A DNA stretch of 64,000 bases from Phoronis australis. Taxonomy: Eukaryota > Animalia > Phoronida. Below, piece after piece: positions 40,525 to 54,100 of this stretch. The notes under the pieces are model-generated. The model did not search any database. It had not been told where the DNA came from and saw only the letters and a list, made by a program, of their open reading frames with translations. Each line of letters begins with the position of its first letter. Positions within the stretch are counted from its first letter, which is position 1. Made by a program: the position numbers and the translations under genes. The stretch lies in NCBI GenBank assembly GCA_002633005.1, contig NMRA01000042.1, positions 246,838 to 310,837 of the forward strand, written 5' to 3'.

Positions 40525-42113
40525 ATATTAGGAACAATTGTCATGGCGCGAGTTGCTCTACTTTAATCCCATTTGAATGACATTAGATCGCAAATTGGAT
40601 CAGCGTGAATCCTTTACACGAACACCGTCTGCGCATCATTCGCATAAACAATAGCGAATGGAATACCAGTGGATCACCCGTATATACGCTACTGCTAAAG
40701 CATAAATATAAATCAAGGGCAAAGCAGTACCGAAGTGTTTGACTGTTGACACAAAATTGCTTTTTCAGCAATTGCTGTTGAGATACTTAAAACTTTGGAA
40801 CACAATATCTTGTCTTGGGAATAAGTCCACTGATTGTAACCTCACATCATCTTTCAATGTCAAGATTTTATCTCAGATTTTATGTCAGATTGGGCTTTCA
40901 CTTTTTACGTTTGTTTTAAAATCAATGGTGGCATTATTCTTAGAAAACTATTATAAACATGACTGAACATATTTTTTAGATTGAAAAAAAAAATAATCAA
41001 AAATTATTGATGAATATTGATGAAAGGACTTTTTCCGTATCAATCTGCATTTCAAAAACATTTACAAGACGCATGGTCACGTGACCACGAGAGTGGCACA
41101 GGGTTGTGGCAGCATGAATAGATTCACCTCGACTCCTGGTTTAAGAATATGTATACAGTACTTTTATTGGTTGACAGTTGCCCTACATTTTAATTAAGTA
41201 TACTAATGTTAAGTAATATGCATTGACTTCATCAAACATTATCATTGTGTGTACTGTGATTGTGCATTATTGATTGGTCTATGTACAGAGCAGACTGGCT
41301 TACTTGAACAGAACTGAGGTTTGTACTTGATAACTCAGAGGGTCTCTGTTCATCAATAAATGGCAAGTGTTAATGCCAGGTTGATGAAAGGGTACTGGGC
41401 TGACACCTTTTGTCTTTCACCTTCAGAACTTTATTACAATGAAATCTCACTAATTGCAACAAATATGATTGCCGAGATTGGCCTTGTTCATTTTTTCAAG
41501 GTCTTCTAACATTACTGTGGATATTGTTTGATGATTCTTCTAACAACTTGAACATGGAAAAGCATTCATTTGCTACTTCATACCTTTTGTGGAAAGAATG
41601 AGAAAATAAAGTTTGCCTTCACATCTGCTAATTATTGTGTTATAAACTGGCAAGATTTTACCTTTGTGCATTTTTGCATTTAGTGCATTATTGTTGATAA
41701 TAAGAATAATAACTGGTATCAATATAAAATTAGTTGCATAGTTCTGGATAAAACCTGTTGAATTTTTATTGATTGAAAATATTTTTGTTTTAAGAATATA
41801 ACATAAAACAAAAGGCCAGACTGCATTGACACAATATTGGTCTTCATCAACTGTGCAATTTAAAGAAGTCAAAACTATTCAATAAAATGTAACAAATGGA
41901 AGTAACCTGACCACAATAATTCTTTGATTATTGTAGCTGGACACTGACACTGAAAAGTCAAAAAAATAATAATTTGACTAGAAATATTTTGTGAAATACT
42001 TAGCTGAAGAATTACCAACTAGGTAATGTTGGTTGCTTGTATGCAGTCTTTTCCATTGCAAACAGTTGGACATGCGGTGTGCTTTCTAAGTTTAATGTTG
42101 TTATTATTTGTAG

Positions 42114-42184
42114 GCTTGGAAGATGATGCCAGTGATGGGGGTCGAGGTTTGGAACACACCCATTTGGCCCATCAGATTACAGAG
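42114..42184 (+). CDS. ARHGEF33: ARHGEF33-like exon
   Basis: ttgtAG acceptor, GAG|GTTTGT donor; LEDDASDGGRGLEHTHLAHQITE in frame with next exon. Confidence 0.7.
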
Positions 42185-45100
42185 GTTTGTCATGTGACTA
42201 ACATTATATACTGTAATATGCAATGAAGGATACATCACAGGAGAAAGACATTTACTTTCGCTGTTAGTTACTGCAACGTTTTGTACGGAAAATGGTCATT
42301 CAAACTAGAGTCTCACTCAATGAATCTCAGAGGTTTTTATTCGTCAGTACTTACGACTCTATGTTTTTGTGTAAGTTAGCATTTTAGCACTATGTCCGCT
42401 TTATTTCTAACTGATCATTTAAAAACCCATTGAGCATATCAGGCCAAGGTAATACCGTAGATACATTGAAAACCCATTGAACATATCAGGCCAAGGTAAT
42501 ACCGTAACCGTTCGGGTTAACGCCCATGCTCAGTTAACCGCCCATCCCCGACTTTTAAGTGGATTTTCGATTTAACCGCCCACTGCTCGGTTAACCGCCC
42601 TCCCCCGATTTTTTGGATTCGCCAATTTAACTGCCCAGGGCGTTAACCCGAACGATTACGGTATACTGCTTAGTTGGTTGCTCAAGTTTATGTTGTAAAA
42701 TGTTGTAAATATTAGTAAATATTTATTTTTTATAACTTTCAATGATATGTGGCAGGTTTTCATAAAAACATTTAACTACTAAGCCATGTTGAGTGCTCAT
42801 AGTGAGTTCTTGTTATGTACAATTTTTATGTATAGAAATTTTATGGCAACCTTTCAACTGAGACAAAAACAAACAATTCAAATTGTTTGTTTTTGTCTCA
42901 GTAATCACCTAGGTGTACATTGTCCTGGAGTGTTTGTATGGAAATTCAGCTGACCCTTTCTTATGCCCATTAAAATGCTGTTATGCCTTAATATTTATTA
43001 ACCATTTGAGTGTCTCATACTTCACGTGGTCTCAGTTTCACCTCAGCTGTTTTCCACCTTTCTTTAACTAGCATTTCTGTCTGTTGTTTATGAATATGTT
43101 GAATCTGGTATTGTTTAGTTTTCCTCTGTAATTTGTAATACATGTAATGTAATGTATAGTTAATTACCATCATGTTGTGTACACCAACTTATGTGTGTGT
43201 AACCTGGTGTTAATACTGTGTTGTCAATAGTAAGCTATGCGTTTGACGTCATGTTATTCAGTTTAGACTCCCGACTAAATGTTTTTGTGTACACTAACCT
43301 ATGGCCAGTAAGTTGGAAATTTATTAACTAGTGCAGATATTTATGTATAGTGACACATCATAAAATGGATTTTATTGATTACCAGTGCTTTGAACTTCTT
43401 AAGTGCAGACTTGCCATTTTTTCCTACTGTTAGGTATCTTTTTCATTATCTTCAATTTTGTTTTGTTCGTAAAATTAGTGTTAACAATCTGGGAGCAGTT
43501 GTCATTGTTACTTTGAAACTGCAGTTTGAACAATCATAATACTGATCCTTACAAAGTCAGCTTCAAAACCTTTCTCATCATGTTAGGACATACTGTCACT
43601 GCCATGAAGGATGTCCAGTATATTTGTGAGTCAGAGATGCTGCACAAATTCATAAGAATGGACAGCTCTTAAAAACTTTGACCGATTTAATTCAAATGCA
43701 AGCGGTAGGAAAGTTTGGGTAAGATAAGTTTAATTGGCATACTGCTTATTCTAACATTTATTCAATACATGGCAAGAAAGTTCACCTAAATTTATATCCA
43801 ATGTGTGATCAGACAGTAACCAATGTCATTTCACTAACATTGTGTTGGCACTCTGTGACTTGATATTAGATTATGACAGAACTAGTCATAGTAGATCTGT
43901 TATCAACAGTTACTTAACAATTGTAGATTATGACTGAGCTAGTCATAGTAGCTAACCAGTGATTATTTAACACTTAACATCTATTTGCACCAGAGGTTTA
44001 ATGACAGTTTTACTAGTGTCATTAAGTCATCATGCAACTATCTCAGTCATAAGGTTCTAACTTCACTGCTAATGTGGACCAAACTGTCAGCAGGTGCCTA
44101 CAAAAAAAATTGTGTTGTATTCTTGATTAATAAAGTCTCATGCTGGTCCCTCCTAGCCATTATGTTAAATCCAGCACACTTATTACGTCAGCTAGTCAAC
44201 TAAGCCGCCAACAAATTCTTACAATTTCACTCCTAAATCCACATGCTATTGCCCTAACAAATCAATGAAGCCCCAGAATAGTCATAGCTAAACCCCCAGG
44301 TGTTCGTGTTGTCCAGGATGAAGTATGCAGGTAGCGAGCTGCCTCTAAGCGGATCCTGGTAGCTATGGGCTTAGAGCTATAAGGTCTCAGGATAGACATT
44401 GGTTCATTAAACTGTATTGAGGTTGGTGAAAGATGCGTGCTAAAATGTTGAAGTGGAAAGTACACCAGACGGAGTTACAGGAGTTACAGGAATCTAGCGA
44501 TGAATTCAACTCAAGTACCAGTAGTCATGGCTCGCATGTATGTTCGTAATTTTTGTAATTTTGTTTTTACGTTACTTTAGTAAGTGTTTTTTACTTAGTT
44601 TTGCCCGTGGAATGCAAATGCGGGTCCTCACACGCTCATTGACTTTGTGTTCAATAGTTGCTGTTGGTAGAAACTAAATTTTAGCGTTTTTGAAAGCAAA
44701 ATCACTTGGCATGCTACAAAACTTTTAATTTTATAATAAGTTGACATTTTTCTTTTAGTTTTTAAGGTTATTCAGCTTTTTGTAAATTAGAACCATAATC
44801 ATAATGATTTAGATGAGGCAATTTTGTTGATTTATTTACAAAAATGTGTGTTGAAAAATCTGTACAGAGTAGGGCTGAATTTGGATACTGTTAGTAGGGA
44901 ACTTTATTATAAATCATAAGATTTTTAACTGGCAGCAACTTAAAGAACTTCTGACTTGGTTTGTTTTAGTATGCAGTTGCCTTTTTTGATTCAGTCAAAA
45001 GTTTTTTACAAGATAAACTTAAACAGTTGCGAGTATATTTATGTATATTAGCAAAACTGTCAATTGCGTGGGTAACTTGCCCCTAAACTTGTGCCGACTT

Positions 45101-48100
45101 TGCACCCCGTTTATGAACATCAAACAAACTGAGTAAATGACATGTTATTTATCTGGCCGTATAACATTCAGAAAACATTCAAATGTATGTATAAACCTCT
45201 TCCTCTTGGTCTATTTAATTCTGTATCAGTTAGTGTCAATAAGTCAGTCTTATACGTAGTCTTACGTGATTTTGTGCCTCAATCAAGTGTATTGCCCAAT
45301 GTACCAGTTGTTTTTTACTCAATGTTTTGTGTCTGACTCAGAACTTTATAAAGACTGGTGGTCTCCTTTGTCAGAGAATATTGCCTAGTAACACCAGTTG
45401 AAAATATTATATTTGTACTCTGATAGCCATTTTGCTCTTTCTGTAAAGAAAATACTTGACATTTTGTTAGATTTACAGACTTGTGTGATAATTATGAGAA
45501 AATTATGTTTTCATTACAGTAATTATCCATGTATTTTGCACACTCACTTCATTTCGCACAGCAAAATTTGGAAAAATAATACTTTGTTCCTTACTTATTT
45601 CACACGAAGCTACTTGTTGATAATTTGTTCTCACCTAATTTGCACAGTAAATTTTGCACTGTGGAAAATATTGGGCCGAAAACTTATTGTTAATTCTAAT
45701 TATACACACCTCTTCAACTGCGTTAATTGGATCACGTTGGATTTATTCGTTAAATTCTTGATTACTCAGTTAATTTCCCACATCCATCAGCTACCATGTC
45801 TATGTGTTCAGTTTATTCAACACACCATGACTCAGGAAAATGTATTATCTTGTGCAAAGTATGTGGAGAATTACGCTATTCCACATCATGGTTTAGTACC
45901 GCTTCTTTCGAAACTATAACTGAATATTTAAGGTACAGGTGAAAGTAGTGGTTTCTCGTTTATTTGCTGATCTTGTAATTATTTGAAAGGTGTACTGATT
46001 TTGTTTCCATCACTCTTAAAATCTTCATTAGCAACAACTTTGATTATGCACCAGTTGTGCCCAATATTCAACTTGTCAGTTGTTGTTCATATGAATTTTT
46101 GCTGTATCCTATTAATGAATTTGAATGCAACAGTTCAGTGTGTGAGTTGAAATCAATTTCGACCAGCTGTTTAAAACTATTTTCTTAACATCTTGTTTTA
46201 TCTATTTTCAACAGGAAAATGTTTGCAGTTGTGTAAGAGCACTTTGATGGCGTTACTTCAAGATATTCTTTGTTTTTGCCTTATTTAATATGATTTTTTT
46301 CTTTTTGTAGGTTCAAGGGATGATCCATGAACTAAAAGATGGCTTCCTCTTAGCAATGCAAGAACTATCAAAAATCCAGAATGGTGATCAAGCATTACAC
46401 GAGAAAGTGGAAACAAATAAAACGGAGCAACAGAAACAGCTTAAGGAAGTCCTGGATATGGTGCTCTCACTGAAGGTAATAACTATATTTGTGGTAGTAC
46501 TAGTAGGTATGGTGCTCTCACTGAAGGTAATAACTATATTTGTGGTTGTACTAGTAGGTATGGTGCTCTCACTGAAGGTAATAACTGTATTTGTGGTAGT
46601 ACTAGTAGGTATGGTGCTCTCACTGAAGGTAATAACTGTATTTGTGGTAGTACTAGTAAATATGGTGCTCTCACTGAAGATAATAACTGCATTTGTGGTA
46701 GTACTAGTAAATATGGTGCTCTCACTGAAGGTAATAACTGCATTTGTGGTAGTACTAGTAAATATGGTGCTCTCACTGAAGGTAATAACTGTATTTGTGG
46801 TAGTACTAGATATGGAGGTTTCACTAAAATATAACTATGGAGTTACACATTGGTTGCAATGATGTTGAATTTGTAGGATGATGGTATGATTCCTGTGTAA
46901 CTGTGCTACACATTTTTCACATCCTTACAGGAAATTACAAGACAAAAATCAGAAAAACTGCCCCTTTGTTTTCTATTTCACTTATTGTTTAATTGTTTAG
47001 GACACAGGTTCTATTCTTTTCACACTCTAGTGATTATTATACTAGATATTTCCAGGCTTGTACCTTACAACTGTTGAGCATGGGCTCCATAAATCATCAT
47101 GCTAGTGACTTTTTATTTTTACTGAGAAATTAAAAAGTATTTGCAGCTTTCTTGGTAATACACTCTAAAGAGCCCAGTCACACCAAGGTTGTTTTTACTA
47201 TGATCTTGAAAACGGGAGAAAATAGTGGAAACCTACGTAGTGATGTTCAATTTTTAAATTGTCCAACACTTGTACAACACAATTAAAAGAACCATTTGGT
47301 TCTTAAGAGAACTGTGTGGATGATGTTTAGTTTGTGGCATGACATTTGCTAAAGTGGCTCATTATAGTTGCAGTTCGTCCTCAGTCCATTTTGTTTTGAT
47401 GTTAAGGCGGGCTCAGTCATTCTGAGAACAAGTTGGTGTGACAATGCCATTGACAGATAAGCCATGCAGTAGACTGAGACTGGTATTTGTTCTACTGCTG
47501 TTTAAACTGGTCGCTGGTCAAATGAATAAATTTTAAAAACAACGCCACTTTAACCATTAATTTTGCTATAACTCATATAGCAAAGCCCCCACTCACCTCA
47601 GGGAAAATGTGCCTGGGAGTGGAATTTTTTCCTGTGAGGGGAAATATCCCTTGTTACTGATTAAAGGAATTGAATGAGCTAAAAGGAATTGTACACTATA
47701 AGGAAATTTTTAATCATTGGAGCTGAATTTTGGGTTTCGTGAGGCGAATTTTGTGCAATTGTCAAATATTTTTGGAGAGAGTATTGGAGTCAATACTCTG
47801 TCACTAACTGTGAGACATCATTGTACCTGAGGTGTTCAAGTTGATCTTGTTTTACTGATTATTGATTTTGAGCTAGGAATTAGTATTATGACGAGTGTTG
47901 ATTGATTTGAACTGTGCAGGTAAACCTCGAAAAATGTCATACTGAAAGCTAGCTAGTCACATATTAGCAGCTAGCAAGGGAAGAGATAATGTAGCAAATG
48001 TTACTACTTCTTTGTATTTTTATACAATTTATTATTTACATGGGCTGGAAGTCTTGCAAAGCATGGAAATAAACAATTATCAATTTGTACGGAGTACAAT

Positions 48101-51100
48101 AAACAATTCCCTATTGTCATATTTGGTACATTGTTGTAGTCCGAGTTTGAAGAGGTGGTCAGTCAACTGCACGAGGCTAATGAGAGTCAACAGTCTCTTC
48201 AGAAGCAAGTTGAATCTCTGCAATATGAGCGTGACATACTGCTGGATGAGCTCAACAGAACTGGCAACACACCACGGTAAGAAGCTTTATAGGTATTACC
48301 TGTGTCCAGATCATTACTCTTGTCACTCTATGCTGCCTCCTTTCTCAGTGAATTCACGTGTCTTGCACCTAAGTTTTAGTGAAGCAATGGTGACTGGCGT
48401 CCTGGGCAAAAGTGCGTAAAATATACAATATTCCTTTGTGTGTTTGATGCTGACTAAGATATAGCCGCAATTCTCGCCTTGACTTTCTTGTGACTGCAGT
48501 CATAGTGAATTCTGCAGTAATTGCTGTATTTCAATACACATTTCTTTGCATTGAGATTTGTGTAATATTTGCAATAGTAAAATGAAGGGTTGTCAGATAC
48601 CTGATGTTAAGACAATATATGTGCAATTTTATTACTTTGTTGTATTGCATATGTACCTTCTAGGTATGCTGGCAGTTTGACATCTATTCTGTAGATCTGA
48701 GGGGACTAAGTGACTTAGTTTGTAATCATCTGGTGGCTAATCTTGCTACATCATCCTTTTAACATACTGTGAATACAACTCAAAACAGTGTCTTACCTCA
48801 AGTTTTTGCATTCTTTTGTGATAACCAGAGCTATTAACTTACCAAACATATGGAAAAGAACTAATAAGGAAACTCAACAGTTTAAGTAATAATAATAATA
48901 ATTCTTATTCATGCTGGATTTCTTACTCGTGCTAATTCAAGTCAATTATTAATAACATTGCAAAGATCAATATCAATCTCCCACCATTCAAGAATTGTCT
49001 TTGTTTATTATCACTATATCTGGTTGAGAAACATCTCATTTTTTCTTTTAATAATTACGCCTAGAGCTTAACACTGTACATTAGGTAGCCGAATTCTAAA
49101 GAATCTTTGTCTCAAAGTCAAAACAACATTACTCTCAATTTCCCCTTCAACCTATCAATTACTCGGAGATTATGTATCTTGTAAAGGCTGAGAGTGCTCG
49201 CTAGTTTCTGTGTCACAGCACATCTTAAGTGAAATGATTTCCTTCAACTATTGTCAGTGACCAGAGTCGAGCTAGTTTTGTTGTCATAACGGCGAGTGTG
49301 CTTACTTGAGAATGGCCGTTTGATAGTCTGATCATCTTAGTAATGTGGGCAGTGCCTGTCTCTTCTTAAATTGTATTTGTTATTTTCTTGTTTTTTTTTT
49401 TATTTTTTATGGTTGTCTTCCTTGTGTGTTTTAAAGAGACTTGAACTTTTGGCCAAGCATATAATGTCAAAGTTCTATTGACGAGCCGATAATAGGGTCG
49501 TAAAACACTTCTTTAAGTTGATCTCTGCCTTTCTTTGTTCCATCATGGCAATAATGCACAGACAAGATAACAAAAAGTGCCACATTTTATTGCTATTAAA
49601 GTTGACACCGTGCAATGGTGTAAATGACATCAACTTCCATCCCGAACATTTGACCTTCGAAGGTGGCATCATTGTGTTCTTCGTTTTTGGTTTAGTTGAA
49701 ATTATCTACAAAAATCACATGGAATTCTTCTGATGGGTACGTATACTGCCTTGAATATGGAAACTAACCTGCACCATGCCAAGCATCTTAAATGGATGCA
49801 GTTTGAAGCAATGACCTGTCATTTGAAGTGTGTTTACTGTATATACTTTGAAGCCATTGGCCCATAGTACAACAAAAATGCAAAAACACATTAAAGTCAC
49901 AAGAAACACACACACAAGTGAACATAACCAGTTACATATCCAACAGAGGAGCAAAATAAGAAATAGTAATATTTCAAAGATTAGAGAAAGTTACAGTTTT
50001 CTCTCTTACTGCAAAAGCATATTAAACAAATTTAACTAATTTAACTTGTACATTCTCATCACAGCTTGGTATTTTTTAAAAGTTCTTTGCAAGTATAGAC
50101 ATCACTTCTAATATGAGAAGGCACTCAGATGAGGCCGTTTTCATAACAAGAATTGCCCTAAATCAAAAATTGTTTTCGATAGAAGGTGAGGGTTTATTGT
50201 TTCATATTGAGTGTACGTCTGCCATCATATGATGATGATTAACAAATCTGATGCAGGAAAATGTTGTGTAAGATCATGAGTATAACAATACATTGTTATT
50301 TGGTTGACGTGTATTTAGTGGAATCTGAACCCCGGTATGTCATAGTAGGAAGACACAACGTGTTGTGATGCGACTACTATAATGTCAGACATTTCTTTGA
50401 AAAACGTTCAAGAATCTACATGACATTTGAGTCTTTACTGTAGCTGTTAAGTACATTTTTAGACATTCTCGTCATCCTCTTAAAGGGTACGGTAAAGCTC
50501 ATCTTTTGGGTGTTATTATACAAGCAACTGGTTTATTGGCCAAGAGACTAGTATTGATGTTAAAAATAACCAGTGATGCATTTTTATGCGCCCACATATT
50601 TGTATGTGGACGCATTATGCCATCATCTTCGCCGGTCCGTCCGTCCGTCCTGCGTCCGCTGCTCTATCTCCAAAACCCTTAGACTTACATTCATGATATT
50701 TTGCACATGTGTTCCGTTGATAAATGGGACGGCATGAGCGACATTTCGGATGTATCTGACTACCGTTGTGTCCCCTATTGGCAATTTTAGTTTTTTGCGT
50801 TTACCTCTGTATCTTCAAAGGTCTTCAACATGTTTTCATAAAATTTGCATATAGGCATCTGTTAGTGAGATGACGTTATCCTCCCATTTTCGGATGAACT
50901 CGATTCAGTTTGTGCCACCTAGTGGCCATTTTTACTTTTCAAGTCTGCTTTTTGGTGTCCACCCCTCTATCAACCAAACTGCTCTAAGGATGATTGTGAA
51001 AATTGGCATGTATGTTCTTACTACAAAGAGGACGGCTGACGATGATTTCCCAATGACTTCTACTACTGTGGCATCTCCTTGCGGCAGTTTTTTTTNGCGC

Positions 51101-54100
51101 CCATACCTGTATCTTCTAAACCGTTTGCAGGATCTTTACTAAATTTAGCTAGTGTATTTATGTGGTTTTGACAACAGATGATGACAATTTCAGACAGATC
51201 TGACTACCGCTGTGCCCCCAAGTGGCAATTTTATTTTTTTTAGGTTTACCTCTGTATCTCCAAAGGTCCTCATCGGATTTTCAGAAAATTTTGGGATGTC
51301 ATCATCTATTGGTGAGATGATGTTCATTTTCTGATGGAATTTAGGTACTTTGCACCACCTAGTGGCCATTTTTGCTGTTTTCGAGTTTTTTGGCGTCCAC
51401 CCCTCGATCAAGCAAACCGTTCTAAGAATGATTTTGAAAATTGGTGTATATGTATTCGGTGTGAAGAGGACGGTTGACAATGATGAATTTGACTACTGTG
51501 GCACCTCCTAGTGGTAGTTTTGTTTTGTTTTGCGCCCATAGCTGCATCTCCTAAACCCAATGCAGGATCTTTATTAAATTTAGTTGTTGTATTTAAATGA
51601 AACTAACAACAGACAACGACGCCTTTCAAGAAAATCCAACGAATGCTGTGCCCCATAGTGGCAATTTCATTTTTTCCGTTTTCCTTCAATTCTCTGGAGT
51701 TCCTTGACAGATTTTTATAAAATTTGATAAATAGCTTTCTATTGAAGAAGTGATGGCCTTTTCCTGTTTTCAGATAGATTGGACATTTTGTGCCATCTAG
51801 TGGCCGTTTTTATGAAACAAATAAACAATCCTAGAAGCACACCGTTTGCTGTGCATTCGTGGGCGCATTTCAATGCTCCGCGTTGCTCTTGTTATATTTA
51901 TTAGTGAAAGTATCACCGAATTGGCTTTCCGTTTAAACAGATGCTAAGTACTAAGTTATTACCACTAATACTACTGAGATGTTAAAATTATGTTATTATT
52001 CTTTGTTATTTGCAGGCAAAAACATGGCAGCAAGTCAAGTGGACATGTTCAATGTGTAGATGGCCATCACAGTGACCATGACAGTGGAGTCAATCCCTTG
52101 GGCCTGTCGGACGATGAGCTGAGCCAGTCGGGGTTATCTCCCATGGTGAAACCTTATATTGCAAGTTTAAGGAAATTAAATCAGTGTAAGTTGTGGACCA
52201 CCCTTTGTGGTTTTCTTTTGTCTTGTGCCTATTTCATTTTTCCCAAAATGGAGTATACTTGGTGCCTGGCCCGGGGTCTAATCTTTGTACTTGAAATTCT
52301 TTTTGCTCAAGCCTGTAACTCAAATCTTGAGGTCATCAAGTTTGAACTTGGACTACAAATTCATGTGCATAAAGCATACTGTGCTCAAGAACTGAATAAT
52401 AGACAATAAACTTTAGTTCACTCAAAAGTAGGACATAAGATGACAAAAAATATAATTGTTAGTTTGATTTCAAGTACAGATATTAGACTTCTGGCCCAGA
52501 TGTTGTTTTTTGCAATTGGTATTTGCATCAGTGAGAATAATTTTTACTTCCCAGCAAAAATAGGTGCTCTAGTGGAAATGTGGATCAAGGTACTAAATTA
52601 GTTTAGAGAAAATAACAACTGTGAACTGTGAATTGTGAACTGGATGTCTGCAATGGTCGTTTGTCTTGTATGCTTCACTGGATTTAAAGCAAAACTTAGT
52701 CAATTAGTCAACCATAACATCAAAAATAATGTTCAAGTTCATTTAAGCAGACCAACCCAGATTATGTTCAAGAAGCAAACTTTTAATTTTAATCATTTAC
52801 TACTATAAAGTTCATCCAAATGTGTTTCTTTCTTAGATGTGAAGTGATACTAAGGGTTGCGAAGAACTGACAATGAGATCGTGCTCGGTGCATAAAGTGA
52901 CATGCTGTGACAAGTCAACTTGTAGAGCCTATTCTCGAGCACAAGTCTCATTTCTTTTGGAACCCTGAAATCACCTCTGATTTGACTAAGGAACAATTTT
53001 ACACCAAATTCATAATGATAAGAAGTCTAAATATTAAAAAGTTGTTTGTCGTGATGGAACACATGTTGATGTCCACTTAATCTTTTTCCTGCAATGGCCA
53101 TAATTCATTTTATAGCTCATCTGTCTGAGGATGGTTATGACTCAGACTCATCCGTTGCCAAGATGTTGAACTTGAGTCGCTCCTTTGGCCAAATGCTAAA
53201 GCAAGGTCAATGCAGCTCAGGAGATGACAGCTCAGAATGTGGAAGTGTGGACCGAAGCTCAAAGCACAGTGGCTCCTCCAGTGGACAAAAATCACTAAGT
53301 GTTACTCCACGAATTCCCAGGAGAAAAGTATCTACAGACTCAATAGATTCTCTGCGTAAGGCGGTGTCTGTTAAGAGGAGGCAGAGAGTTCCACCTCATG
53401 AGCAAGCAATGACAGAAGGTGAGCAACTTTTGCAGTCAGAAATTGAACCTTTTGAGTTGCAATTTTTGTCTCAGGCTTGTAACTATGCTTGCTTGGCACA
53501 TAAAATAAGTGACAAGACATGCATGTGGACCCTGGTCTAAGTGACTGTGACAATACATGGATGTAGACCCTGGTCTAAACGACTGTGACACGACATGCAT
53601 GTTGACCCTGATCTAAATGACCGTGACAATAAATGCGTGTACCCTGGTTTAAGCGTCTGTGGCAATACATGCATGGACCCTGGTCTAAATGACTGTGAAA
53701 TGACATACATTTAGAGCCTGGTCTAAACGACTGTGATAATACATGCATGTTGAGCCTGGTCTAAATGACTGTGACACGACATGCATGTATACCTATACTT
53801 TGACTGGGTAACAAATTGACACATTTTTCTTAATGGTAAGTGGTTGAAGTCAAAAGTTGCTTTGATGGATGCTGTGTTTATAACTGCTTTAGGTCATGGT
53901 GTAATATTGAAATCAGTTCTTTTGTGGGTTTAGCAGGAACGAATTAGTGCCATTCTTAAATCAAATTTTTGTGCCCATCGTACTTATTAAGGAAATTACT
54001 GTATTGTAGTTTTCTTAACTTCTTGGTATTTGCTATTTATGTAGGTCAGAAGTCACGGTACGGCAAAGAATTACTTGAGAGTGAAAGATTGTTTTGCTCA

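Noticed and set aside
45398-45919. 173-aa ORF in a RhoGEF intron
   Set aside because: AT-rich, no recognisable domain, starts at TTG, no phase-consistent splice pair; likely a chance ORF.
46320-46862. Stand-alone 180-aa multi-pass membrane protein ORF
   Set aside because: It is a RhoGEF exon read through into an intronic minisatellite; kept only as a possible alternative-donor phenomenon.
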